From Camelus ferus (lineage: Eukaryota): 64,000 nt of DNA. The stretch covers positions 97,466,001 to 97,530,000 of the forward strand of contig NC_045696.1 in NCBI RefSeq assembly GCF_009834535.1, written 5' to 3'. The notes beneath the pieces were generated by a model. That model worked only from the letters and a program-made list of their open reading frames with translations. It did no database searches and had not been told where the DNA came from. Numbering within the stretch: position 1 is the stretch's first letter; every line of letters begins with the position of its first letter. Shown here one piece after another: positions 24,901 through 38,425 of this stretch. Made by a program: the position numbers and the translations under genes.

Positions 24901-27628
24901 AAATAAGATAAATATATATATTAAAAACATATTACCTCAAACGATATCCCAGCTGAACCAAGTTTATCCTCCATTAGGAATTAAATAGTAGAAAAACAGT
25001 GTGCTTTAAATATTATCCCAGGGTGGTTTACATTTGCTGAGTTCCCTCTAAATTTTTCTTCTGAAATGTTCCTACCTTAAAAAAAAAAAGACAAAATGTA
25101 TCTATTACTGAACTACAAGCTGTGGAACAGCTTTGGTGTTCTCCCAGGCTTACACTACTAGTAATGATGTTAATTCCTTGCACATAGCATTCCAGCAGGG
25201 TTCTCATCCCCAGTTGCACACCCAGAAGCCTGACTCTGAGGTCAGTAAACCCGGAGTAGGCTCGTTAGAGGCCACCTCTTTTCATAATTTTAAAAACTCT
25301 GCAGTTGATTCTGATGTATGACCACAGTTGAGGTCCAGCACTAGAAGAAGTGGGGAGAATGTTACAGGGAATACCCCCAAAGGACTCAACCCAACCTTCT
25401 GCACGAGGTGAGTAGGCGTCAGATGACTGGTCCATCCCAAAGATACCCCACAAATAAGCAGAAAGCAGAGCCAAACAAACTGAACCCTGACAAAGAAGCG
25501 TAGACACCCTTGTAGTTAAAATATACTTGTTAGAAAGTTATTTTGAGTTAATTTTTCAATTCCTATCAGGTTTTTGAGTCTTGGTATTTTTCCTCCATGC
25601 ATTTTTTGAAAGTCCAATGTGTGAATAAAGAGAAGATAGGAGAAAGAATAAGGTGTGCTGAAGAAGGTATTTTTGGAGTGGGTTTTAGGACTCATTGGAG
25701 TTGGTCTTAATTCACTTAAAAGGGGCAGGAAAATACAGGTAGCATGAGGTTAGTGTGAAAAATATAGAGCCTCTACTCGAGGATTTGGGGCCAGCACGTT
25801 AGTTCTTTATGTCTAGTTGCCTTAGTAGCACAATATAAAAGGAATGGGACTGGATGCTTTCCCAGCGTTATAGTTCTATGTAACTGTGAAAGAGAACCAT
25901 GGCAAGAAAGGCCAGGTATGGAAGGGAGAATCTACCTTTTAAACAAAAATTGGGATTCTTAACCTTGGATCTTTAGAGAACTTCAGGGTGTCCATGAACC
26001 TCCTGAAATTGCATGCAAAATGTGTTTTTCTGGGATAATGGTCCGTGGGTTTCACTAGATTTTCAAACCATTAGGATCTGGTTTGAAATGATGCTTTCTT
26101 TTTCCATTTTTTGTTTTTTGTTGTTACTGTTTTGTGTAATTCTCCTTTTCACTTATTTTTCAGTATAAATACAGCCTTGATGATACAATTTCTGTTCTTT
26201 CCAAATAATAATGTTGTTTTACTATAAAATCTTGAAGAGAAACATAAATGCTTAGAAAATGTCTCAGTACTCACAAAGTTAATTTTTTTCCTAAACCTTA
26301 AGTGAGACCTTCCAAATACATGAATTTTTATGTCTTTACCTCAAACTTGAGAGTGTCCTCCTTCACTGCCCCCTCACCACATCTAATCAGGGAATTAAAG
26401 TCTTTCAGTGTGTTTCACATTTACGAATTGGGTACGTTGTAATTGTCACCCTTGTCCTTCACCTCTTGGACACCAGAGGGCAGACATCTTAAGTCTCACT
26501 TTTATCTGGGACACAAATCCTTTTCCCTACCACAGCAGTTTTCTCCTCCATATTTGCTCCCGCACCTTGAAGAAGCTTAAAGGAACAACTCACTTTGCTC
26601 TTTCTAATAATTAACATCTTTCCTGACAGTTCAACACACCCATCAGAGACAGAAAGTAATGATTACTAAGGAGGCTGCCACCCTTTACCAATCAGCACAA
26701 TCAAAAGAATTGTTCTCATAGTCTTTGTAAACAATCAGTTCATAATCTTTTGTTGTTGTTGTTGTTCTTGTTAAGTTTAATTGTTTTAGGCTAAAAGACA
26801 GTCCAAAATTCTGTTTATCACTCCACCCTTCAAAGCTTGTAAAATGAGATAATAGGAGTGAATCTGCTTTCAGAGGGGAAGAAACACCCTATAATTGCAA
26901 AGTAGACTTACTTCTAGGAGGTAGTTAACAAGGCCAGGTTATTTGCCTAATAAGTAATCAATAAATGGCCATCAATAAATGGCCAACAATAATTGCTAGG
27001 GACACTTTTTTTTTAAAAGAGTAAAGTTAATTTTTGGTCTTTGTTAATGTAGTTTTTATATCTTTATTTTTTTTATGATTTCTCTATTGAGCCTCCTTTA
27101 TGAAAAATTTTCATTTTTTTAAACCTGTTAACTCTTGAGAACTTGTCCAATACTGCACATTTAGAACCATTTAAATAGCCATCTGTACAGTTATAGGATA
27201 TTATGGGTATTAAGAAGTCTAGAAATTAAATTTTCTAAAAATAGGACTTTTTTGTTTGTTTACTATGAAAAGCCTGATCTCAGTCATCAGTGAGTAAATG
27301 GAAATGCAGATATACAAATATGTGCAAACATATATTTTTTCTCTAATACCAAGTAAGAATATTTTTATTTTCCTTTGGGCCATCCCTCAATCACAGTCAA
27401 CTTACAGTAGTTTTCAAATTTCTTAGGATTGTTTTTATTTGTCTTTTTGTTCCTTCGACAGCTATAATTAGATTGAGCTGAAGGGGTGAAAGACTTGAGA
27501 GCATCAGAACGATTCTGAATTCAACACAAATAGCCTTCAGTAGTGAAGAAATTTTGTACTCAAGGTTTTGTCAGCATTTTCTTTGTAAGCAAACTTTGGA
27601 CTAGTATTCCTATCAAGATGATTTTATA

Positions 27629-27748
27629 GGAGGAGGGTATAACTCAGTGGTAGAATGTGTGCTTAGCATTGCAAGAGGTCCTGAGTTCAATCCCCAGTAC
27701 CTCCATTAAAAAAAATTAACCTAATTACCCCCTACAAGAGAAAAAAAA
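27629..27748 (+). mobile_element. tRNA-derived camelid-type SINE (vic-1-like)
   Basis: A box (taactcagtgg), B box (gagttcaatcc), A-tail; 14-bp TSD aagatgRttttata at 27615-27628 and 27749-27762. Confidence 0.9.
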
Positions 27749-29149
27749 AAGATGGTTTTATAAAAGTTGGTGAGGCTCCCCAGCTCACTCCTACCAAAAT
27801 AAAACAAAATGAAACTTGATTATGTTGCAGTTCCCTTGGTGAGCCCCACTACTCTTTGTTATTTGTTATCTTGACTTTTTGTCATTAGTATAAGTAATGG
27901 GAAGAGAAATTAATATTTGTAGAGCACTTTATTCACAGGCACCGAGTTGTACTTATCCATTTCCCAACTCCCATGTGAGCTACATCCCACTGCTATCTCC
28001 ATTACATGGGAGGAACAACTGCCTCTGGGAAGTTAAATAAGTTGATAAGATTTTAAAATTCAAGATACACATCATTACAGGAGAGAATTTTTGTTGTTGT
28101 TACTTTTTAGAATTGGCATTAATCCTGAATTTCCAATGGTTAACAGGTGAAAAGTTTTCATTTTAAGTTAAATATTTAAACTTGAAATATACTTTTAAAT
28201 TACTACTGAGTACATGGCAAAATATATTCTGATCTCCAGTTCCCCCCAACACCAACCCTATCCCAAGTCATAAGTTTCAGACCCCATTCTCATTTCCCAG
28301 CATTACCTTTCCTCTCCACCCACATACCCCACTCACCAGTGTAGTCACTCTCACCTACAGGGTATGTCAAGTCTGAGTGTTTTGTTTTGTTTTGTGGGTG
28401 GAGGGGAAAATGTAGCCTTGGGTGTCAGACACCTCCCGTCCTTACTTATTTCCAGCATGACCTTGAGCAAATGTTGTGACTTGACTGGGCCTCAGTTTCC
28501 ACCTCAGCAAATAATATAATAATAATATATACTTCTTAGAGTTATTTTGAACATTAAATGAGATATCATTTGTATTGTCCTGGAGTATAATTGGTTCCAA
28601 AATACTTCCCACCCTCTTTAGTTGTAAGGTGGGTAATATCTATCAGTAAATCATTTGGCCGTTCCAGTTGTGGTTTAGAGCAGTGAATGCAGTCAGGAAA
28701 CCTAGGGCTGTGACTCCATCATAGGAGTTAGCTTTTGGTATTGGCCTCAGACTAATGTCTACTTTCTAAAAATGTCTTGCTTGTGAGACTCAAGAATGTG
28801 AAGGTGGGTTACACAGTCCTGCTTGTGCAGGCCACACTTGGTTTTCCTCTCACTGCAAGCATTTGTCAGCAACTAAAAACACTTCAGTTGTTGTGAATTC
28901 AGGAAAATTCAGGAACAAGAGAATGTTGTGAAAATGGCAAATCAAATACTGAACATGAAAAAAGCCGCAGCTAGGAAAAAAGTCTGATTTGGTGAAAGGA
29001 TCATTTTCTGTTTTTGCTCATCCCTTTTCTTTTCCCTGTCAAAGTTCCCAATCATTTAAAATTTAAAACTGTAAAATAAAATTCTGCCTTTCTTCCCTTC
29101 CTTTCCCTTTTTTTGCCTTTCCTTCCCTTCTCTTTCCTTTCTTTTTTCT

Positions 29150-30785
29150 ATTACTTCCACTCCATTCAGCATTTAGTTAATCAAGAACTATAAACTAAGC
29201 ACCTGTTGTGTATCAGACATCATGCTGAGCACTGAGAATACAGTTACAGGCAAAATGGCCAGTCTTGGGTCTTGTGAAGCTCATATTGGTTGGGAAGGCG
29301 GATAGTAAGTAAGTCACAATAAATAAATGAATATCAAAGTAATAAAATGAAAAAAAAAGTAATAAAGTGATTTCAGAGAGCACTAAATGTGATAAGGAAA
29401 ATAAAGCAAGCAAATGTTAACAGGGTAACTGGAGAGCCTTTTTAGATTAGGTGGTCACAGAAGGCCTCTTGGAAGAGAGACCTTGAACTGAGACCTGGCT
29501 GATGAGGTCTGAGTCATTGGAAAATCTGAGAGAACAGCTTTGTGTCTGGGCTTTGCAATGGGAAGGAACTTAGTTTGTTGAAAGAAGCAGAAGAGGTAGG
29601 GTTGAAGGGGAGAGTGGTAGGAGTCAAGGTCAGAGAGGTAGGCACGGGGGGAGGAGCATTTCATGAAAAATTTCCTAGACTGCGGTTAGGTTTTGGATTT
29701 TATACTGGAGCCTTTTGAACAAGGGGTCTGCTTAAGTGATCTGCTTAATGCTTGAAAGATTTGCCCTGGACCTGTAGTGGTAATGATTAGCAGTAGGGAT
29801 ACCAGTTAGGGAGTCATGTCAGTCCTGGAGCAAGAGATGATAGTGGCTGGAGCATAATGGTTGAGAGGGTGAGCAACAGACATTTGGGAATATAGACGTG
29901 AATGTAAAAGAAGAATTAGTGTGACTTGTGGGTGGATTAGATACAGAGCAGCAGGAAAAGGGAGGAATCAACTATGACTCCCAGATTTTTAGCCTGAGCA
30001 ACTTGGAGCGTGGCAGTGCCATTGCTGACGTGTTGAAGACTGAGTTTGGGTTAAGGGTGTGACCAAGAGTTCATGTTAATTTTAAGATTCCTTTCAAATA
30101 CCCAAATGCAGATGTCAAGCAATCAGTTAAGTATGTGGTTCTAAAGCTCAGGAGAGAGAGTTGAGCTAGAGATACATAATTGACGGTTGTTGGCATGGAG
30201 ATTGAATCATTTATTTAAAAAATAGATATTGAGTGTCTATTATGTACTAGTGGATATATTATATACTGATGTTGGAACAGTAAATTATGTAGTATCTTAG
30301 AAGGTGACAAGTTTATAAAAAAAAAAAGAAAGAAGGATGAGAAGAATTAAGATTGTGAGGGGTTGACCTACCTGGCTTATGGTTTTAAATAGGGAGGTCA
30401 GGAAGACCTCACTGAGATGGTGAACTTCAAGAATTCCAAGAAGTGAGGGAGTTAGCTTTGTGGATACCTGGAGGAAGAATATTCCAGGCAGAGCCAGTGC
30501 AAACTCCCAAAGATGAGAACCTGGCATGTAAACAGCAAGCAGTGCTGCAGGGCTGGGAGCAAAGTACTGGAGGACCTCCCTGTGGGCTGGGGGCCTCCAT
30601 CTTTAAGAGCTCAGATAGATGGGAAGGGAAGCTGTCAAAGAAGATTGAGGAGAAGAGCCCAACCCAGTGGTAGGTAGAAAATGTGCCACAGAAGCCAAGA
30701 GAAGAAACTGTTTCAAGAAAAAGAGGCTGGTCAGCTGATGCTGCTGAAAGGGTAGGTGTGATGAAAACCACAAGTGACTTTATAG
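29150..30785 (-). mobile_element. L2 fragments (antisense)
   Basis: Purine-rich antisense L2 text (gagatgatagtggctgg; atgactcccagatttttagcctgagcaact; gaagccaagagaagaa). Confidence 0.75.
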
Positions 30786-31004
30786 TGAAGCACAAGTTTA
30801 TTTTCTATGTCTATGAGTCTCTCTGATCTGCAAATAAGTTCGTCTGTCTTTTTTTTAGATTCACGTATAAGTGACATTTTTCAAGTATGTAAAGCCTCCT
30901 CCCTTTCCCCTTCCCCATCTTCCTCCCAAACTGTACCCATTTAATTACATCAATACGTAATCAGCTTGGGTGGGGTTCATCAGTAAAAGCTGGAGAGTGA
31001 AATC

Positions 31005-31290
31005 GCTTTGACACAGTGATTAAGAGAACAGACTTTGGCTATGAACCTAGGTTTATATGTTGGCTCTGCTCTTTATTAGATATGTGAACTTTGGTAAGTT
31101 ACTTAACCTCTTTATGCCTCAGTTTCTTTCTTTCTTAAAAGGAAATAATGATAATGTTTTATAAGAGTTTTGCAAGGGGTTAATTCATCTAATCTTCACA
31201 ATGACCATAATTACGAGATAAATACTATAATTAAACCCATTTTACAGATGAGAAGATCAAAGGAGAGGTGTTAAGTAACCTACCCTAGGT
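31005..31290. mobile_element. Two MIR fragments in opposite orientation
   Basis: aagttacttaacctctttatgcctcagtttc followed by cccattttacagatgagaa...ttaagtaacctacc. Confidence 0.7.
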
Positions 31291-31302
31291 TAAAAATCTG
31301 TT

Positions 31303-31876
31303 AAAAATAGATTTACTATATAATCCAGCAATTCCACTTCTGAGTATATATCTACAAGAATTGAAAGCAGGGTCTCAAAAGGATACTTATACACCCATGT
31401 TCATAGTACCATTATTCACAATGGTAGAAGCCGAAAGATAAAAGCAACCCAAGGTTTCCTAGACAGAAGAATAGACAAACAAAATGTGGTATATTCCTAC
31501 AATGGAGTATTATTCAGTCTCATGGAAGGAAATCTGACACATGCTATAATATAGATGAACCCTGAAGTCATTATGCTTAAAGTGAAATAAGCTAGTTACA
31601 AAAAGACGCTGTGTGATCCCACTTATATGAGTCACTTAGAGTAGTCAAATTTGTAGGGACAGAAAGTAGAATGGTGATTGTAGAAAATAGAAGGGGCTGG
31701 GGGAAGAGTGATATGGGGAGTTGTTTAATGAGGACAGAATTTCAGCTTTGCAACATGAAGAGTTCTGGAGATTGGTTGTACAATACTGTGAATGTACTTA
31801 TTACTACTGAACTGTACACTTAAAAATGGTTACCATGGTAAATTTTATGCTATGTATATTTTACCACAATTGAAAA
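31303..31876 (+). mobile_element. L1MB-like 3' fragment
   Basis: atccagcaattccacttctgagtatata...aacaaaatgtggtatat...tatattttaccacaat. Confidence 0.9.
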
Positions 31877-33919
31877 CAAAACAGATAAACAAAATGAAAA
31901 CAAACAAGGCAAAAAGCCACCAGTCTTGTAGAGAACATCGTGATTCTGTACTGTTGAGAGTGACAGAGAGTTTGATGCCTATTGGGTGGGGAATGCATGA
32001 ACTCAATCATTGACAAGCCGAGGTACAGTGTTCTTTCATGACCCAAATAGAAATGCCTAGTCATTAGCTAAGGATGCATCTTGGAGGTTGGTGACCTGTA
32101 CTGTGGAGGTTCTAGGAAGACAAAGCAGTAGGTAGCCCTCTACTGCAAAGATGGAGTAGATGGGGGAGGGTGGAGATGAGGACAGAGGAAACATGGAAGA
32201 CGCCTGCCATGATCCTAGGTTAGAAGAATGGTGATGGTACTGCCATGTCCCAGGAAGGGGAAGCTGGAGCCTGAGCAGGTGGAAGAGGCAATTGTGGGTT
32301 CAGTGATGGATGTGTGAATTCTGGGGATAAGCAGAGCTGTCTTGTTGATGGTGAGTTTGAAGTCTGAGAGAGTGATTGGGACTGAGATGTCTCTTACTGA
32401 GCATGTCCTCAGCTGTAGCCTCTGAGAAGTGGTTTCCTCCAACATTCACTGTGCACATGAACATTTCAGAGATCCTGAGAGTGCTTTGGGAGAGGGAATT
32501 GCTTAACTTTGTTTAACCTAGGTTTTTCTAAATTCATTTGAATGCCCAACCCCTTTTTTCCCCCATAAAACCTATTAACTTACTGAGGACCACACTTTAG
32601 GGAATTGTTCACTAGTCTATACAGATATTTTTCTGTTGACAAAGTAAAACAAAGGAGAAACTGGTTAGAAGGTTGATAGATCTGTGAGTATTCAGTGTGT
32701 CTTAAGTCACCAAACCAGAGTGAGGGAGGTTCCAGAAACCTTGGCCTGACTTGGGGACTGAGGACACCGACCCCTCTGCATGGGTAGTGTTGGGGAAGGC
32801 TGCTGGGGGTTTTGATCAAAGACAGCTTGCTGGTTTGGCTTTCTACCTACTGTACATGCGCCAGTAAAGCCCTGATCCAATCCCTCCCCTGGTTCTTTTT
32901 TATCCTCTGCATTGGCTTCTTGTCCTTGCTTTTTCATTTGCATAACTAATGCACACAACACAGAGTTCCCGCAATTTTAAAGACAGCTGGCCAGCACATC
33001 TTGGAGGCTGATGTCTGGAAACATCTGGAAAAGGGCTAAAGTTACTGCAGCCCAACTGAGAACAATGGAAACACATTAATATGGAAAATTCAGTATGGGG
33101 GAGCCTGTGTACATAAAAATGGCTGCCAGGCTGACTTACAAAAGCCTTGTGCAAAACCCTCTTGTTAGTTTGGGCATTGATGCCACTGAGTTATTGAGTG
33201 ATAGGCCAGTTAAAACTGAAATATTGCCACCCTCTTTGGGACCCTTCTCTTTGAGGCTTTTTCTTAAAAGGCTTCCTAGAAATCCTGCCAGCTAATAACC
33301 AAGATACTCTTTTCTGAAAATTCATGAACTAGTATTTTATTTTGTAATAATAACTTTAAGCTAATCTCCCTCTGTCCTCATTCTCTCTCAAAATATAAAG
33401 ATATAAAATAGAGTTCTCATATACATATTTTGCTGTCTCTAAGAAGTCAGTGTTGGTAGAAATATTGAACTTTACAAAAACTGTGATTGAAATATTTAAA
33501 TGTGAACACTATATCCCAAGGCTGCCTGGAATAGGGGTTAAAAGAATGGGTTTTAGAGTTTGGATTCTGGCTTCTCCTCTTAACCAACTGTATGTGACCT
33601 TGCTAAATTACTTAATTAGTATAAATTAATCTGTAAAATTCTGTCAGCTATTTCGGCCTATTTGGACTGTCATGAGAAGTACCATGCTAATGTGTTAGGA
33701 AGTGCTTAGTGAGATGCGTGGCCCACGTTAGCTACTATGATTGTAATTTTGTTGCTATCCAAGGATTGAGAAGAAATCCCTGCTCTATTTCTCAATTCAA
33801 CTCTAACACATTGAGCACTTGCTTCCAGTTTCCTGTCCTAGAGATGTATGTCTTAGAATTAGGATTTCTCCTGCAGATGTTCCCCTAGAGTTCTACCTAC
33901 TGTTTCACTATTTTATAGA

Positions 33920-35285
33920 AACCAAAGTGGTATTGTCTCTTGTGTGGATTAATAATTACCATCTCATTGCATCTCCCAATATTTGGACTCTTGGTCCTTT
34001 GTATGACACTTGCTTTACCCCTCTGAAAGCGGGTTGGATTTTCTCCTATCTTCAGGGTTCTGAAATTTCTCAACGATGTGCTTTGATGTTGGTCTGTTTT
34101 AATCCATTGTACCAGGTACTTGTTGGGCCCTACCAGTCTGGCAGCTTGTGTTCCTTGGTTTTGGAAATCTTTGTGAATTGTTGATTTATTATGAGTTCCT
34201 CCACATTATTAATTCTTTTCTTTCTTTCTTGAACTCCTATTTATTAGAGTATTGGACCTTCCAGACTGATCCTTTGATTACTTTCTCTCTTATTCCCTGT
34301 TATCTTTTCTTTGTCTTTATTTTCTGAGAGTTCCTCAACTTTATCACCTTACACCTTCTCTTAAGGTTTTTTAACTCATATTTTAAATTTCCAAGAGTTC
34401 TTTTTTGTTCTCTAATGATTCTTTTTTTTTTTTATAGCATCCTATTCTTATCTTTTTACTTCTCTGAAGATGTTAATGATAGCTTTTTTGGGGGGTGAGG
34501 AGGAAGCTTATGTTTTTCTTCCTAGTCTGTTTCCTCTCTAGTTGATTTTTTTCTCCTTGTGTGTTGTCTCTCTGTATTCCCTGGTAGAGATTTGCTGTCT
34601 TCAGATGTCTGGTAATCCTTACCCTTCACTCATATTTTAAAGCTGATGGGAAATTGTGTCATGGATAAAGCTTGTCCAGTTCAGGCTTTACTCTGAGGGG
34701 ATCTGCCTGGGCCACTTGTATGAGGGGAAATGTCATTGCCCTTAGGTCTTTTTTCTTGGCCTTAAGTTTTTCAGAGAGGAAATGTCTGCTTTCCTGCGTA
34801 GGGGGCTTAGTTATACCTGGCTGCCACTGTTCTGGAAGTTAAATGTGGACTGGGAATTACAACACTTCATTATACAAACATTTTTTTTCAAACCTCTTTG
34901 CTTTCAGTATAGTATTCCCAGTCTTAATCATGCCTTGTGCCCCTAATTCTCACTGAAAGACCCTCATCCTCTGCAGAAGGAAACTTCAAGTCTTCTCTTC
35001 TGGAGAAAAGCAGCTGACCAAGCTGCATGTGAGAAGTGGGCTTTGGGATGGCCTCTCCTGGAAACTGAGTTGCTTCTTGGTTTTCCTCTCTGCTGGTTTA
35101 GGGTTTAGCTTTCTCAGTTCACTAACTCAGATACTAGTTGTCCTGTTTTTCAGCCTCTGACGTTTTGTTGCTATCGTTATTTCCTCCTTTTAGTTTTTAC
35201 AAATCTCTTTAATTCTATTTTAATGGAGATTTGGGAGAGGGGTTAAATGCATTTGTTCAGTTAGCCATCTTTAATCAGTATTTTT
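33920..35285 (-). mobile_element. Old L1ME/HAL1-like antisense fragment
   Basis: T-rich degenerate L1 text (gttctgaaatttc; gaactcctatt; ttttaaatttccaagagttc). Confidence 0.55.
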
Positions 35286-38200
35286 TTAAAAGATATTCTT
35301 AATATAATGATTTGTTCTGAAAAATTAGATTTTCTGTGCCAGAATTCCAAGTCAAAGAATTCTGATGAGATCAACTAATCTATGTAGAATAATTTTGTAA
35401 ATGTATTCATTAACTTCCAAACAGTTTTTTGATATTTTGGGCATTATAACTGCTGCGTGGTAAATGTTTCTGTTTGTTGGCAAAACTCGCTTCGGTTGCT
35501 CATCACCTTTTATGTGGTTACAGATGTAAACAACATGTGTGCCCCAGATGGGCGCTGAAGTCCAGGCTCCCAGTTTGTGACACACTCCTTCACACCAGAG
35601 GCTTCCAAATATAAGTCCCTAAATCCACTCATTTCAGCTTGGATCCTGGCAACTCGAAGAGAGAAATCACTGAGTGACTAAAATCTCTATAATGAGAAAA
35701 CCTTTACATTCATTATCTATTGTGCTGTGAGACTTTATATTCTACCTTCTTTTTGTTGAGTGAGGTGTGGGGAGAAATGTGGAGTTAGGGTGGAGTGGAG
35801 GCAGGGGTGTAACAAGATGAGTAACACACAAGCTAGGATTTAGGTCCGTGGTAAATGCTATGTGCCGGAATGAGGATTCCCACCACTGATATCCTCCTGG
35901 CAGAGCTGATTTCACAGGGGGTGGCTCAGACAGTAACTTGAGTGGGTCTGGACTGTGTGGCATGTGGCCAGTCTTACAGCAAAACAGAATCAGCAGAGCT
36001 CAGAAATGCCATGGCCAGCCTGGTAAACAGTAGTCAAAACTGAAGTTCCTTAACTGATTTTTGACCTCCATAGGTTAAAGGAAGACTAAACTTGCTTGTT
36101 ATTTTATTGGTCAATCAGAATGTGTCTGATAGCATTTTTTTTGGTTTGCAAGGGCGAAGTTGAGGAAAGCTGCTTTTGAAGATCTAAGAATCATAATAAT
36201 TGCTTTTCCTTAGTGCCTACTATTTGCTGGATGCTTTACATACATAGTCTCATTTAATCCTCTCGAACAATCCTGCGGTGGTTTTATTACAGCCATTTTG
36301 CATGAAAAATCTTGTCTTGAGAGGTTGAGTAACTTACCTGAGGTCACAAAGTTATTAAAAATTAAAGTGTACTTAAAAACAGGATTTTTAGAATTTTTCT
36401 CAGAAGTTCAGCATGAGCCAGCCTGCCAGGCCCAGCAGACAATAGACAATGTCCATAAGACTTTTTGTATTGTTTGTGCAGTGTTCATTTTGAATGTCGG
36501 GCACATTTCAGATGTGCCAAGAGAAAACGTAGTCTATTCTTGATGATATATAACAAAATAAAAGGCAAACTTGTCTGTTCTGTAATGCAAGTATATACAA
36601 TTTTGTGACAGTGATCACAGCCCAGCAAATCACCTTCCAATACAGATACACAGATGACACAAACACGGGACGCAGAAGGAGTCAGCTGAGGGTGCTACTT
36701 ACCTGGGCTGCCTTTTTGTCTAAAACTATCCCTGCCTAGTAGAAAAACTACCAAGATTTGGAGTCCTGTGTTCCAGTCCTGGTGTGGGTGCTCACCCAGG
36801 TGTAGTAGGCTTGTCACCTATGAAGGAAACTCAACTTTTGCGAATACCTAATGTGTGCAAGGCACAATTTTTCTTTGTGATTTACTTGTTTTTGTGAATA
36901 GTCTATACGTGTCCAAGGGTTCTGAAGGATACCAAAGTTAGACTCCCTCTCTCCTTGGCCCCCAGCTTTGTGATTGCCCTTCTTGGAGTTAATCATTGCT
37001 AACAGTTTTATGTAATACTTGCAGAGGTACCAAGAACTTTCTATACATTATGTCCTTAAGCCTCTAGGTTGTTGCTTCAATTTAATTTAATTTAATTTTT
37101 TTTATCTTTTCTTAGGATTTGAGGCAGGAAAAAGGCCAGTAATATGTGCTTAGCCTTCTTTTCTTTTTGTTGTTGAAGTATAGTTGACTTACAATGTTCT
37201 GTTAGTTTCTAGCCTACACTTTTTGTCCCCATTTTACAGATTCCAAAACTGAAACTGAGTGATTGGAGTATAATAGTGGATTGGACACAGCTGATGAGAC
37301 AATGAGTGAACAGAATAGAGGGTAAGATATAGTTGGACTATAGAGAAAAGTCTAACATGTGTTTCTTGGAGTCTCATAAGGAGAAGAAAAGAGTCTTTCC
37401 TTTCCTCTGGCCTTCCTCATTCCTCTGGTCAGTGCCTTTATTCTTTTGATGATACAAGCTCAAAAATTAAGAGGCTGGGTGGCTGAACAACATGATCAAG
37501 AACCCCAGTTGTTCCCATCTTTCTCTTCGTCCATCTTCAGGCCAGCTGCACTTCTGGTTATAAGATGGCTGCCAGAGATCGAGGCATCACAGCCAGTCTT
37601 CCAATGTGCAGATAAAGTGGAAGGCATCTCCTCATGTACATCTGGTAGGAATGAAGACATCTTTCCTAGAAGTCCCTAGCAGACGTCATTGACCAAAACT
37701 TGGTCATATGCTCATTTTTATAATAGCCAAGGAGTATAATATTATCATAAATGGCTTGCCCCTGAGCTAGGCATAAGGTCATTATCCCTGAGGTATGGAT
37801 ACCCAAATAAAATTAGTTCTACTAACTAGAAAGGCGTGGGAAATAAAAAGAAGGAAGATAGGTCACTCTAGTTTCCTCCTACCTCCTTAGTCCAAGCCCT
37901 TGTAACCTCCCTCAGGGACAAGTATAAGAGCTTCCTAACTGGTCTCCCAATATTCTTTCCCACACAGCCCACCTTACACAAAGTTGCCAGATTCATCTTC
38001 CAGAAACACTGCCTTGCCACAGTGCCCTTCTGTTAAAAAAATGTCATTGGTTCTCCCTGACCTTCAGAAAAACATTCAAATTTAACATAGAATTTTCAAA
38101 TCATAAAACATAAGAGTTGAAAGAACCAGAGAGCTTGGAATGTAAAAGGCTGGCACCAGATATATTAGCTTTCAGCTGTACTAGAAAACACAGATACGTG

Positions 38201-38346
38201 TTCTCTCCTAAATATTTATTTTGTCTAACCAAAGGCATGACCTACAGAAATCTCCCTAAAAGAGCAATCTTCCAATTGGGTTAAGCAACTTTGAAGAAGT
38301 ATATGTACACTTTTTTTTTTTTAAACAGCATTAGTTTCCAGGTTTT

Positions 38347-38425
38347 TTTTTTGTTGTTTATATATATATTTTTTCATTGAAGTATAGTCAGTTTACAATA
38401 TTGTGTGGATTTCTGGTGTACAGCC
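38347..38425 (-). mobile_element. Short 5'-truncated L1 insertion with perfect TSD
   Basis: attgaagtatagtcagtttacaatattgtgtggatttctggtgtacagc; TSD agtttccaggtttt at 38333-38346 and 38426-38439. Confidence 0.9.

Noticed and set aside
27629..27705. tRNA-like sequence (also near 7800-7876 and 41268-41341)
   Set aside because: A-rich tails, TSDs and divergence among copies show these are SINE heads, not tRNA genes.
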